A stretch of 63,047 bases of DNA, the filler included, from Octopus bimaculoides (lineage: Eukaryota), in NCBI RefSeq assembly GCF_001194135.2. It is 6 parts of 5 records of this genome, joined end to end, with 100 filler letters (N's around TTAATTAATTAA, not from the genome) between each part and the next. Parts side by side here need not be neighbours in the genome. Positions count along the whole stretch, not along the records: positions 49,341 to 60,435 come from NC_068984.1; positions 60,536 to 63,047 come from NC_068984.1; 4 more parts are not named here. One strand, written 5' to 3'. A program made the position numbers and the translations under genes. Under the pieces are notes generated by a model that was not told where the DNA came from, did not search any database, and saw only the letters and a program-made list of their open reading frames with translations. This document shows positions 51,190 through 63,046 of this stretch, in pieces. The first letter of the stretch is position 1. Every line of letters begins with the position of its first letter.

Positions 51190-51420
51190 ATACCCATTTA
51201 TTTTCTCGATATTTTCGTCACAATCAGCAACATTCACTTGTCCACTTCTGTCTGTTACAAGCTTACTAACTCCTATTCCTACCTGCACTATTCTTTCTCT
51301 CATCTTAAACATTAAATTTGCTATGCCATTCTCTGAATTCATTCGGCTTCGCCTCTTCTACAGCATTGATTCAGATTTCGATCTAATGGGAGAGCATGTG
51401 ACATTTCACCTTAAAACATT
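51190..51420 (+). mobile_element. Penelope-like RT C-terminal fragment
   Basis: IYFLDIFVTI..LSTSVCYKLTNSYSYLHYSFSH and PFSEFIRLRLFYSIDSDF match the FLDI/YxKPT/SQFLRLRRIC pattern. Confidence 0.7.
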
Positions 51421-51499
51421 TCAACAATTGTGGACCTTGTACTGTATTGGGCCCAGGCTAGCGACCGCTCACCGTTCTCCTACGCTCCTGTTTACGAAC

Positions 51500-52592
51500 A
51501 TTTCCAAACCAAATTCCACTCCAAGTAATGCCGACTTTCGCAATACATCTAGATTGTAGGGTATCTCTAAGGTTTTCAGATTTTTTTCAGATTGGGTGGT
51601 ATTGAATCCAATGCTTCGATGACAATAAGGATAACCTCTATGTTCGACTCTCGTAGCTGCCACATCTTAGCGATCTCAATTCTCAAGTCTTCATATTTAT
51701 CAACTTTTCCTCTTTCGTTCATGATATGTAGATCTTCTGGCACTGCTACGTCGATTATTAGGCACTCTTGTTTGTCCCTCCTAAAGGTTACTATATCCGG
51801 CGTTCGGTGCTCTAACAGTTTGTCTGTCTAGAAATCAAAGTCCCAGCGAATTTTTGCATTCCATTCTTCGTCTGTTACCTTTTCCGGCACCCACGACCTC
51901 ATATCCATACTTACGGTATAGTAGCCAGTGGAGGATTTGGGCTACTTTGTCGTGTCTCCGCTTTTACTCTTTCTGCGCAAGACTTCACGAGCACTAACAA
52001 TGTGAGTCACACTTTCGACTCTCTTTCCACAAATTTTGCAGAGATCCCATGCACTTGTGTGGTATATATTCTTTTTCCCTGAGTTGTTATTCAATGCCTG
52101 ATCCTTAGCCGCATTCTTTTTTAAGTCACCCTTCTGGAGCCACCTCTATGACGCTCCCTGGTCTTTTAATTTGTTGGTTTCACGGTGGAACTGACCATGT
52201 AATTCCATACGGAGTAGGGCTTCTTCTCTCTCGTTGACTGTTCTTGTTCGGAATTCATGAGCATTCTCAAGCTCATTTTTGTTAACTCCTTCTGCACTAG
52301 CAGCATACCGTAGCAGGTCTTCTTTGCTGTTTACCAAATACTCTGCTATGTTCCTTCTTTCGTTATTGATGCACTCCCGTACGCTAATCAGCCCAGTTCC
52401 ACCCTTACTTCTCTTCATGTAGAGGCTGTGTACATTTTCTTTAGGGTGGAGGGCACTCTGCATTGTCATTGTCTTTCGGGTAGGGCGATCAAGTTGGTCG
52501 ATCTCTGCTTGTGTCCATATCATGACGGGTGCACTATAACAGATTACAGCAACAGGCCATATGTTGATGGCAGTCACAAGATTCAAGGAGAG
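51500..52592 (-). mobile_element. R4/Dong-type non-LTR element 2 (post-RT region, CCHC knuckle, restriction-like endonuclease)
   Basis: AINIW..VICYS..W...LDRPTRK..LHPK..LY..RSKGGTGL, LHGQF, CKIC..ESVTHIVSA, RHDKVAQILHW, TPDIV...LIIDVAVP...KYEDL; several stops. Confidence 0.9.
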
Positions 52593-52600
52593 TTTTTTTT

Positions 52601-53450
52601 TCCGAATGGTGCTGTAGATTGTTTTTGCGACAACGTCGTTTTGCATTGGAAGGTGGTAGTTTGATGACATTTTGTGGCAGCTGCTAATCATATGCGTGAT
52701 GTCTTCATGGAGGAATATATCAATGCATAGTCTTTTTGGTATACTGAGCGTTTTGACATCCAGATCTTATTTTAGGCATGTCAGTGCGGCAGTTATGGAG
52801 TGTATGGGAGTTCATCAGAGAGAGAGAGAGACCGCTTCCTGAGGAGTTTACTACCAACACATGTTCTCTTCTTCTTCTAAATTTGTGTGTTTTTGCTGTG
52901 GCTGTTTAGCAAGTGCTGTCTGAGTGAGACTATACGACATTCGACGGCTTTCTTCACTGATCTCAATCTCTACTTCCTACATCACCTTTTAGGTAGAGTC
53001 TGTCGATATCATTGCTTCTGTGGGAGTTTCCTGCTCATGTCAGTATTTTGCGAGTTTAACGACTATGGAGCAGATTTCCTATACAGACCAGTCAAGTGTC
53101 CCAAATGTTGGAATTAGCACTGCTGTTTCAAATGCATTGTGGAACATTATCTTGTTGTAAGTGGGGAGCTCCGACTGACATATTTTTTTAAGTCTGGTAT
53201 ATTCTCGGGTCTTTGTATCTTTATTCACAGCTCTTTCACCTGATAGGTTTGCATCAATGCCTAGGTATTTGTAGCATTCTCTGTGTGGGACACGACAGAT
53301 AGTAAGACCGCTGGTACACATATTTTGGCTGTGGGGTACTGATGCCATTCTTATATCAGCTGAATATGTTGCCTTTAATTCCAGCTGCTTTTTTGTTGTT
53401 CGGCATACCATCTTTCCCATCAGACAGTTCATCATTCATTCTGTTGTTAC
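52601..53450 (-). mobile_element. R4/Dong-type non-LTR element 1 (RT end, internally deleted, to CCHC knuckle)
   Basis: YKYLGI, RLKKICQSEL..NK, PTFGTLDW, DIDRLYL and EDITHMISSC...NDVVAK. Confidence 0.85.
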
Positions 53451-54629
53451 ACTCGCAATGTTCCTAGAAGAATTGGTTGGGGCAGCTTGTACACAGTTTG
53501 TATAGCTTTCTGCCAATTTGGTGATTTCATTCTTGTATGTATGTATGTATGCATGTATGTATGTATGTATGTATGTATGTATGTATGTATGTTTGTATAA
53601 GCATGTATATAAAACGCTATTATTCCATAGTTTGTTTAACTAATTCTAGTACAGCGTAAGAAGTTGAACAACAAAGAGGAACCTAGCTTATAGAGTAAAG
53701 GTATAAGGGTATACATACTATAATACTTCTTTTCCTGGCGGCACTCGTTGAATTTGATTTCTGAAAATGCGTTTCCAACATTACACTGTCTGCATTGATT
53801 GCCGATAGAACATTAAATTTGATTAACAGAAAGCACTTACTCTTTGGCTCAATATCTGACAACGTACGTTGAATGATTCTCTAAGGAAAATATCTATATT
53901 TGTGTAGAGTCTAGACACTCTAGATTTAAATGTATGCTTCAACAAAAGGTCACATATACTTTTATTTTTTCACTGTCTGTCCTTGAAATATGATCATGTT
54001 GGATGTATTTTCTTTAGGTGAATAATCCATGATGTCGTATTTGGTACTTGCTTGGTACTTGTTTGGTACTTAATTATCGACCGCGGAAGAATAAAATGAA
54101 AGCACACTGGTTGGGATTCAAATTGGAATGCAAATCAATGTAACAAACGGCTTTAAGGTATCTGTGCCGATTCTGCGATCCACCACCCTGATGAATGAAT
54201 ATTTTATTGAATTTATATCAATGATTAATGCTAGCATTCATTAATATAACGCTGAAAGAATGAACGATAAAGTTGATCCGCACCGCTAAAAGCAGAGAGG
54301 ATACGAAACAGTTTAAGTTACTTAATTTGGTCTGATGGTTATATTTCGTTTCGACGGACTGTATCAGTCACCTGAGCTGGTAAGCTTAAGTATCTAAAGA
54401 GAGCGGCGTCGCTACGTTTACTTATCTTTTATACAGAATATTAAAGGTGAAGTTTCGATTGATGATTCTACAATTTGTATGTGTTACCTCACTCATTCTT
54501 ATATGTCAATCTATAGGCAGTGAGCAAAGATTCCCATATTGTGCTCGCTTAGCAAGCTTTTTCTGGGATAGTGGTGTGAAAACAGAGCTAGTATGTTGTC
54601 AAGTAAAGTCATTTTAGCCATATTTAATG

Positions 54630-55263
54630 CAGTTGAGAATTCCTTATCCGAAAGTGATTCGGGTTTTTCGGATTTCGGATTTGCGTCTGTAAATTGGGAG
54701 AGTTAGGATATGGAACCAAAGTCTAAACATAATATCGATTTACATTTTATAATATAGCTTATACATAGACCCCGAATATAATTTTATCCAAATATCTTAA
54801 GGTATCAATTTCCACCTACGATGTTATGTTTTTATTTAAAAGGTTACAGTACACGTACATCATTTGTACTGTAATTTTTATAAACCAGGTATTAGGTTCT
54901 ATGTAAGGTATTGAAACAAAGCATTGAACATGATTACTGGTAAAATGAAAGCTTAAGAACTCAGAATTTTACTTTTAAGATAAAGTACAAATGTTGATGT
55001 TGGTCTCATACATGGTGATAAAATTGGGATGTTAATGTACAAAAAACCCTAAAAGCATGATCACTTAGTTGAACATAAATGCAAACACTAAATAAAATAT
55101 CAATGTCAGGTCAGAGAATCGACACACAAGAGTTGTACTTGGAATAATCTTCCCAGCACTTTGTGGAATTTTCCATTTGTGACGAGTCACGTCAGCATTA
55201 ACAAGTCTTTTGGAGTTTGGATGTTTTCGGATTTTGGAGGTTCGGATAAAGGATTATCAATTA
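54630..55263. mobile_element. Degenerate non-autonomous pogo/Tigger-like DNA transposon
   Basis: Imperfect ~24-bp TIRs CAGTTGAGAATTCCTTATCCGAA / TTCGGATAAAGGATTATCAATT; repeated TTTCGGAT subterminal motifs at both ends. Confidence 0.6.
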
Positions 55264-55341
55264 TATTGTATATTATTGTAGAGTACCTTATGTACAGTGA
55301 ATATATCAGTGCATATCTTTAAAAAAAGATACATGGAGAGC

Positions 55342-55410
55342 TGCTGCTTTTTTTGGAGTTTATTGCCAGAAGATATCAGCCGTCTGGCAATAAACTCTGA
55401 GAGTGTAGCG
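55342..55410 (+). ncRNA. Candidate pre-miRNA-like hairpin
   Basis: Perfect 15-bp stem GAGTTTATTGCCAGA/TCTGGCAATAAACTC (55356-55370/55383-55397), 12-nt loop, extended by about 12 further pairs, many G.U. Confidence 0.4.
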
Positions 55411-55740
55411 AGTTCTTTGAAAAATGGGTCCTACCTGAAACGTTACACTTCACCTCTTCTCACTCCCTACGCTCAAACTCATTCGATTGTAACATACCAA
55501 CAAGAAATGCAAATAACATATAAAAGGGCCGGTAAGAACTATAAGTCTACAGTTTCTAAAACCTAACATCATTTATTATCACTATGTTGCTTATATTACC
55601 AGACGAATACATATATTGTGACACTGTACTCAAACTGGATTGAGAAAATAGTAGCAATACACAATAAGGTTTTCTTTCCTTTCTTTTTCCTTCTTCACTT
55701 TCTTTCTTCTTTTACTTCTCTTCCTCCTTCTTCATCTAAT

Positions 55741-55965
<225 letters not shown>

Positions 55966-56139
55966 CGTTTCTTCTCTTTCTGCCCCTACAACATCTCCCA
56001 CCTTCACGGCCTCTGTTCTTATCTTCTCACTTATCTTCGCATTCCGCACAACCCCGTTCACTCACCCGCCATTACATCCTAAGATTCAGTACTGTAAACA
56101 CCAGCTGCAGTAGTAATCATTTTGTCGCAGTCTTTCAAC

Positions 56140-56218
56140 ATCATTATCATCACTTTCATCATTGTCACCATCAGCGTCATCATTGCCATCATCATCATGA
56201 TCATCATCCTCATCGTCG

Positions 56219-56251
<33 letters not shown>

Positions 56252-56300
56252 ACAGCACTTCCATCGCGATTGTCATTGTCATCACTCTCATTAATACCAA
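56140..56300. repeat. Degenerate (CAT)n microsatellite
   Basis: Direct reading; gives an Asp-rich pseudo-ORF on the minus strand. Confidence 0.85.
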
Positions 56301-57404
56301 CAATTTCATAAACACGATCGTAAATAAATAAATAAATGAAAAGAGAAATAAATAAATAGCTAAATGTATAAATAAATATGGTCCGTTTTCGCAATGCAGT
56401 CTCATAAATACGTGGATCGACTTATCAGCAGAGCGAAACCTAACTTTCAAGCCCTATGGTGGTAATCAATTAGACTTCAAAGACTACTTTTCATTCTACT
56501 TTATCACCGAGGAATTCTTGGTGTGATTCCAATTTCATAGACAAAACCATAATCAGTGAGTATTGGAATTAGAATAACATTGTGAGGTGGGGTTTGCAGA
56601 TAAATGTGAAATCTGACTGAATTATAGAGATTGGTTTAACAATTAACTAATATATTCGAATCGCCATTTCACAATATATAAAGAATACTTCTGAACAAAG
56701 CTTTAGGCTAGAGTGTGCTTTATTCAGTATGAAAATTAAAATAATGAGTGAAAATACAATTAAAAGAAGAATGAAAAAGCGAAGCGAAAACGTGGACGTG
56801 AAGAATTTACACAGGTAAAGATTAACAAATTGAAATGTAGAGACAAGGTGTGCTAAAGTGAAACCGTGCCATCTGTGAGCTGTGTAGACCGAAAATCAAA
56901 TGTGTATTTGTGTGTGTGTGTGTGTGTGTGGATAGACAGATACACACATGAATATATCTGTGCATTTGTACATATAGATAAATAGATGCATATGTATATA
57001 TAAGTGTATGTGTATGCATGCATACATAAACATATATGCATTCATACATACATACATATATGCATACATACATACATACATACATACATACATACATACA
57101 TACATGCATACATGCATGCATACATACATACATATATAAAGAAAATAGAGAGTTTGAACACAGAAAATATCTATTTATATAATAATCAATTTCATATCGC
57201 CTACGTACGTTTTAATTTTTTACCGTCGTTCATATTTTGCAATTAAGATTGCTTTATGCATTTAAAAGGTAAAAATCTCTTCAGGGGAAAAATTGACAAA
57301 TATTCGCTAACTCTAAGTATTTATTTCTGGAAAATGGAATAACTTTGCACTATTGACCTGGAAAAGTTCGCTAACCATAGTCTAAATTACAAACAAACTA
57401 ATAC

Positions 57405-57615
57405 GGATTTCAAATTTGGGCACAAAGCCAGCAATTTTGGGGGTGGAGGACAAGTCGATTACATCGTCCCCAGTGTTTAAATGGTATATATTTTATCTAT
57501 CTTGAAAGGATGAAATGCAAAGTCGACCTCAGCGAAATTTGAACTGATAGCATAAAGAGGAACTAATATGCCGCTAAGCCTTTTGCGCCGCGTGCTAACG
57601 ACTCTGCCAGCTCGA
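57405..57615 (-). mobile_element. SINE family B, diverged but CpG-retaining
   Basis: GCACAAAGCCAGCAATTTT...AAGTCGATTACATCG...AAAGTCGACCTCAGCGAAATTTGAACT...GTGCTAACG. Confidence 0.8.
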
Positions 57616-59261
57616 CACTTTCACAATATAACTAATAATAAGCTCAGTTTCTCCTCACCCGGATCAGATAAATTTTACACCTTTTACATCACTAATATCA
57701 GCATTGATTACGATCTGGCTCTTCGCAGCTTTTTCATTCGCGCGTTTATTGCTAATATTTATAGTCACTTTTGTTTCTTTCTCCTCTGTAATCGGTGTGA
57801 GAAACATTGTAAATCTTGTTCTATATTTAAGAGATGAGGAATTATTTACATTATTTAAATGTAAATAATGTAAATATTGTAAATCTTGTGATTCAGTAGA
57901 ATAATGATAAAAACATTTTTATTTTCTTGCAACGCTGTGAATGTGCTTTTATTTGTTCTACCAGACCATGTCCCGGATGCTTTTCATTAAAGGACTGAAA
58001 CTTTGTCAAACGGTGCTAACTATTACTCAAATATCCTTTAAAAGGTGTCGTGAACAATGTAGCAAAGAACTATTCAAACCGCTTGCGTGGAATATGTAAT
58101 ATATGCCCATCCCAGTGGAGGATCAATAGTGATTTCGAAACATGGCATTGGTTCTTTCGTCAGATCACATTCAAATGTTTGTTCCATGTTAGACATTATA
58201 TCATATAGTCAGTTATTCCATGGTGTGCCCGTTTTACGTAGGTGCTTTGAAGGTGGTATTTCCTCAAAAACAGTTCTGTTGAATTGGTGTTAGACAATGC
58301 AAATAGAAACATTCGGGATTACCTTCGTACTATTGAATATACTCTTGGATATAAATGAACAATGCAATATTGTAAATATTTCTTATAATTATATTTGCTC
58401 TCATTTTAGAAATATATAATCAATATTAAATATCAAAAGTGTTTGTATGCTTCCTTCTGGTAGTATGACTTACGACCATTTTCTCTTTCGGTCACTATGA
58501 TTTCAACAAATGTCTTTCCAATGAGTTTACCGTTCCACTTCTAATTTGGTGGATATTGTTTTCCTGTCTATTGAAACTTGACTACTTGTGGCTAGGTTTC
58601 CTGCAGTCAGCTGGAAATTTAATCCTCACACATGTCGAGTGATAAGCCTTAAAGAATTTCAACAAGAGTTTCAAACTTGTCAGCTACTTTCAACCTAGTT
58701 TAACAGGAACTTCCTATAGCAATGCCAGTGAGATAACGCCTTGTCGCATGAGAGTTCGTGTAACCTCAGGTGAGAGCTGGTTAACAAATGGTGCCAATAG
58801 CAGCCGAGTTGTCTTGAAAAGGAATTAGTAGAATTTCTGTTAAATGTATGTTCATCCTGACATCCACACCTCCTACATGTGGTTATTCGTGTGTGTTCGC
58901 ATATTATATATGTATAGTGGGAGGGATTGAAGGAGAGAGAGAGAATGAAAGAGAAAAAGAGAGAAGTAAAGTCCGAGAGATTCTCTCTCAACAGTACAAA
59001 GAATCAATTATTACACATCAGAGGAGCAATTTTGAATTTCGCCTTATCAAGTCATAAATAACGCAACAGTGAGAAAATCAAATATGCATATATTAAAGTT
59101 TATCACGTTGCGACTGCCACTTTATACCCTTCTGCGATGTAATAACTGACATCTCTCACCTTAAACTTACATTTCCTGATAATCCAGTTATAGCTGTTTC
59201 CATATGTTTACGTTACAAATCATTTGGGGAAACAATGTATGAACCTTACAACGTACGACCT

Positions 59262-59450
59262 TCCTCTCTTTCTTCTTCTTCCTCTCTCCCCTCTTCCTCT
59301 TTCTCTCTCGTCTCTCTGTTTCTCTCTCTCTCTCTCTCTCTCTCGCTCTCTCGCTCTCTCTCTCTCTCTCTCTCCCTCTCTCTCTCTCTCGCTCTCTCGC
59401 TCTCTCTCTCTCTCTCTCTCCCTCTCTCTCTCTCTCTCCTTCCTTCCTTT
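59262..59450. repeat. (CT)n microsatellite
   Basis: Direct reading. Confidence 0.95.
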
Positions 59451-60242
59451 AAACCCTGTAAAGAATTTTTCTTAAGAAACACTTAATATGGTAATTTTCT
59501 GATAGAATATCAGATAAGATCGATGTTAAGCGTTAATATGATTCTGCATGAAGAATCAACACATTATCAACAGAATGAGTTAACGAAAGTAGAGGGTAAA
59601 ATGCTAAATATATTGAAAGAGGGTGACGACGAAAACTAAACAAAATGTCTGTAAGTGAATTACTATGGTCTTACAGAAAAAGCAGAAGAGCTGGTCGAAT
59701 TGAAGTATCAAGTATGAGTTTGTTATCACTTCCCTTCAATTATCTTTGTCCAAGTTACTTAACTCTTTCTGCTTTAATGGTTACTGCGCTGGTGTGCGGG
59801 GGAGTAAAATACATAGCAGCACTGTTTAAATTTCACCAATGTCGACTTTCCTGTCCATCCGTGTGGGACCTATAAAATAGACTTATACAAATCTCGAATG
59901 TTGCATAGCTGTGTGAAATAAATCAAAGATACACAAACCGAAGGAAGGAGAGCCTCGGTAGAATCTTTACAGCGTCAGGAAATTAGGTTTGCGGTGTTAG
60001 TTCCAACTTTTTATATTGTAAGTTCAAATCCTGTCGAGGTCAACTTTGATATCCATCGTTCTGGACTCGATAAAAAAAGACTTATACAAATCTACAAAAG
60101 GTGTTTAGCTGTGTAGCAGAAACATTACTAAAGAAATAATGAAGCGCGTCGGACAAAATGCTCTGCTGTGCAAAGAAAAGAGAAACGGTTGAGCGATAAG
60201 TAAAAATTTTGCGGAGTTTATTACATTCTAAAAACTGTTCAG

Positions 60243-60435
60243 TGGAGGCGCAATGACTCAGTGGTTAGGGCAGCGGACTCGCGGTCATAGGACCGCAGTT
60301 TCGATTCCCAGACCGGGCGTTGTGAGTGTTTATTGAGCGAAAACACCTAAAACTCCACGAGGTTCCGGCAGGGGATGGTGGCGAACCCTGCTGTACTCTT
60401 TCACCACAACTTTCTCTCACTCTTTCTTCCTGTTT
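60243..60435 (+). mobile_element. SINE family C, 5' half (cut by linker)
   Basis: GGAGGCGCAATGACTCAGTGGTTAGGGCAGCGGACTCGCG...GTTTCGATTCCC. Confidence 0.85.
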
Positions 60436-60535
60436 NNNNNNNNNNNNNNNNNNNNNNNNNNNNNNNNNNNNNNNNNNNNTTAATTAATTAANNNNNNNNN
60501 NNNNNNNNNNNNNNNNNNNNNNNNNNNNNNNNNNN
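60436..60535. other. Artificial scaffold linker
   Basis: 44 N + TTAATTAATTAA + 44 N. Confidence 0.95.
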
Positions 60536-60564
60536 ACACAGATACAAACGCGCGCGCTCACTTA

Positions 60565-60599
<35 letters not shown>

Positions 60600-60604
<5 letters not shown>

Positions 60605-60760
60605 CGACGGGCTTCTTTCAGTTTCCATCTACCAAATCTACTCACAAGGCTTTGGTCGACTCGAGGCTATGGTAGAAGACACTTGCCCACAGTACCATGC
60701 AGTGAAACTGAACCTGGACTCATGTCTTTAGGAAGCAAACGTCTTACCACACAGCCACGC
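60600..60760 (-). mobile_element. SINE family A, 5' half
   Basis: Reverse complement of head and CTACCATAGCCTCGAG...AAACTGAAAGAAGCCCGTCG. Confidence 0.8.
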
Positions 60761-61347
60761 ATGTGTCACATAAATTTATAACAAAGTATTAAAAATTCAT
60801 CAGAACCTAAGATTCTGATACCCACTTCACACTCTCATAAACTATATTCTGAAACATGACGCTTACTCTAGATGGTTCGTATCGCATTCACTATTTAAAC
60901 AGATGAAAAATAAATATTTCTTTCATAAACATGGATATTTGTAACATTAAGAGCAATGTTGTGTGAAATATATACCAGTGATTTAACATAAGTGTTAACG
61001 TTAAATTAAAAATTGAAAGTTAACCATCTACTTCCATATATATTATTGAATGTATGCATATATAAGGGAAAAAACTTAGAAGACAACAATGAAGACAACA
61101 TTGGCTTTCTTCGAGACATATCGATTGATGATTGGAAAGTGATCTCTGATGCCATTTGGTTCGTTGCATGAATCCAATAGTTTGATAACATTCCAGTTTG
61201 CATGCTAAATATCATCTAATTGCTGGATGATTATTTTGTTTGATATGAGAAATTAAATGGGAGTTACAAAGGGTAAAAGATGGATTAAATTTGTTACATT
61301 AGGGATAGTAAAACATTAATAAAACATTAATAAATCATCTCACTCAC

Positions 61348-62010
61348 CGGTCTATAACAATCATAGTTGGTACACTTGACCTTCCCATTCGAACACCGAC
61401 AAACATTGCATTTATCTTGAGTCATGAATGTTTCTCTGTTTTTGTAAGTTTTTCCATAATACTGGCATGTTGTTGGGGGACAATACATTTTAGTACAAAC
61501 TACACGACCAAACTGTCCACATCTACACGCATTGCAGTCATCTTTAAATGTTTCACCGACAGAATAAGTTTTTCCTTTGTATGTACAAGGTTTGTCACAT
61601 GTTTTTTGCTCACAATTCACTCTCCCATCAGAAGTGCACTGACATTTGTTGCAATCATTATACCATATAGAATCAATTTCATAACGCTTACCGTTGTAAT
61701 TACAGGAACACAGAATTTTAGTGCAGATAACCAAACCATTAGATTCACAGGTACAAACATTGCAACCGATTTTAAATGAATCACCTATTTGATAGGTGTT
61801 TCTATTGTAATTGCAGTTACATGGGTTATTAGTACAGCTTACTCTTCCATTCGCTTCACACTTACATGTATTACAGCCCTCTCTAAGTGTTTCGCCTACG
61901 TTATATATCTGGTTGTTGTAAGTACATTTGCAAACGTTGGTAGAACATCGAACGTAGCCAGTTGATAAACATTGGCATTGGTTGCAATCTTCCGAAAATT
62001 TATCATCAAT
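61348..62010 (-). CDS. Coding exon (3' part) of a multi-module Cys-rich protein with tandem pacifastin-like/truncated VWC modules
   Basis: 221 uninterrupted codons from the gap edge: IDDKFSEDCNQCQC...CTYKGKTYSVGETFKDDCNACRCGQFGRVVCTKMYC...CTNYDCYRP. Ends at the strong donor CCG|GTGAGT (61347-61342). Six modules of the form C-x16-C-N-x-C-x-C-x(3-4)-G-x-V-x-C-x4-C (the first partial; 18-residue first loop in the last). Confidence 0.92.
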
Positions 62011-62686
62011 TCNNNNNNNNNNNNNNNNNNNNNNNNNNNNNNNNNNNNNNNNNNNNNNNNNNNNNNNNNNNNNNNNNNNNNNNNNNNNNNNNNNNNNNNN
62101 NNNNNNNNNNNNNNNNNNNNNNNNNNNNNNNNNNNNNNNNNNNNNNNNNNNNNNNNNNNNNNNNNNNNNNNNNNNNNNNNNNNNNNNNNNNNNNNNNNNN
62201 NNNNNNNNNNNNNNNNNNNNNNNNNNNNNNNNNNNNNNNNNNNNNNNNNNNNNNNNNNNNNNNNNNNNNNNNNNNNNNNNNNNNNNNNNNNNNNNNNNNN
62301 NNNNNNNNNNNNNNNNNNNNNNNNNNNNNNNNNNNNNNNNNNNNNNNNNNNNNNNNNNNNNNNNNNNNNNNNNNNNNNNNNNNNNNNNNNNNNNNNNNNN
62401 NNNNNNNNNNNNNNNNNNNNNNNNNNNNNNNNNNNNNNNNNNNNNNNNNNNNNNNNNNNNNNNNNNNNNNNNNNNNNNNNNNNNNNNNNNNNNNNNNNNN
62501 NNNNNNNNNNNNNNNNNNNNNNNNNNNNNNNNNNNNNNNNNNNNNNNNNNNNNNNNNNNNNNNNNNNNNNNNNNNNNNNNNNNNNNNNNNNNNNNNNNNN
62601 NNNNNNNNNNNNNNNNNNNNNNNNNNNNNNNNNNNNNNNNNNNNNNNNNNNNNNNNNNNNNNNNNNNNNNNNNNNNNNNNNNNNNN

Positions 62687-63046
62687 ATTGTAATTACAGT
62701 TACATGGCTTATTTGTACAGCTTACTCTACCGTTCGTTTCGCACGTACATGTATTACAACCCTGACTAAATGATTGACCTACATTATATATCTGGTTGTT
62801 GTAAGTACATTTGCAGACGTTGGTAGAACATCGAACGTAGCCAGTTGATAAACATTGGCATTGGTTGCAATCTTCCGAAAATTTATCATCAATTCTATAA
62901 GTTTGTCCTTTGTGTATACATCGACACGGTTTATTTGTGCACTCAACTTGTCCGTTATGTTCACATTTACAAGTATTGCAATCATCGCTGAATTGTTCTC
63001 CGAAATTATAAACTCTGGTTTTGTAAGTACAGGTACATTGATTTGT
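62687..63046 (-). CDS. Upstream part of the same Cys-rich repeat exon (continues beyond the window)
   Basis: 120 uninterrupted codons TNQCTCTYKTRVYNFGEQFSDDCNTCKCEHNGQVECTNKPCRC...CTNKPCNCNYN; three complete 37-aa modules; no splice signals needed. Confidence 0.92.

Noticed and set aside
56086-56394. Asp-rich ORF resembling a biomineralisation protein
   Set aside because: Explained by a degenerate (GAT)n tract; no signal peptide or exon boundaries.
58120-58168. CTGACGA...GAAA on the minus strand
   Set aside because: Stem II is only 3 bp and stem I cannot form; chance match.
60800-61204. Possible next exon of the Cys-rich gene (phase-0 frame HANWNVIKLL...VVF* after a TTTAG; alternative acceptor near 60850)
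   Set aside because: Weak pyrimidine tract and no Cys-module or other recognisable content; cannot choose without transcripts.
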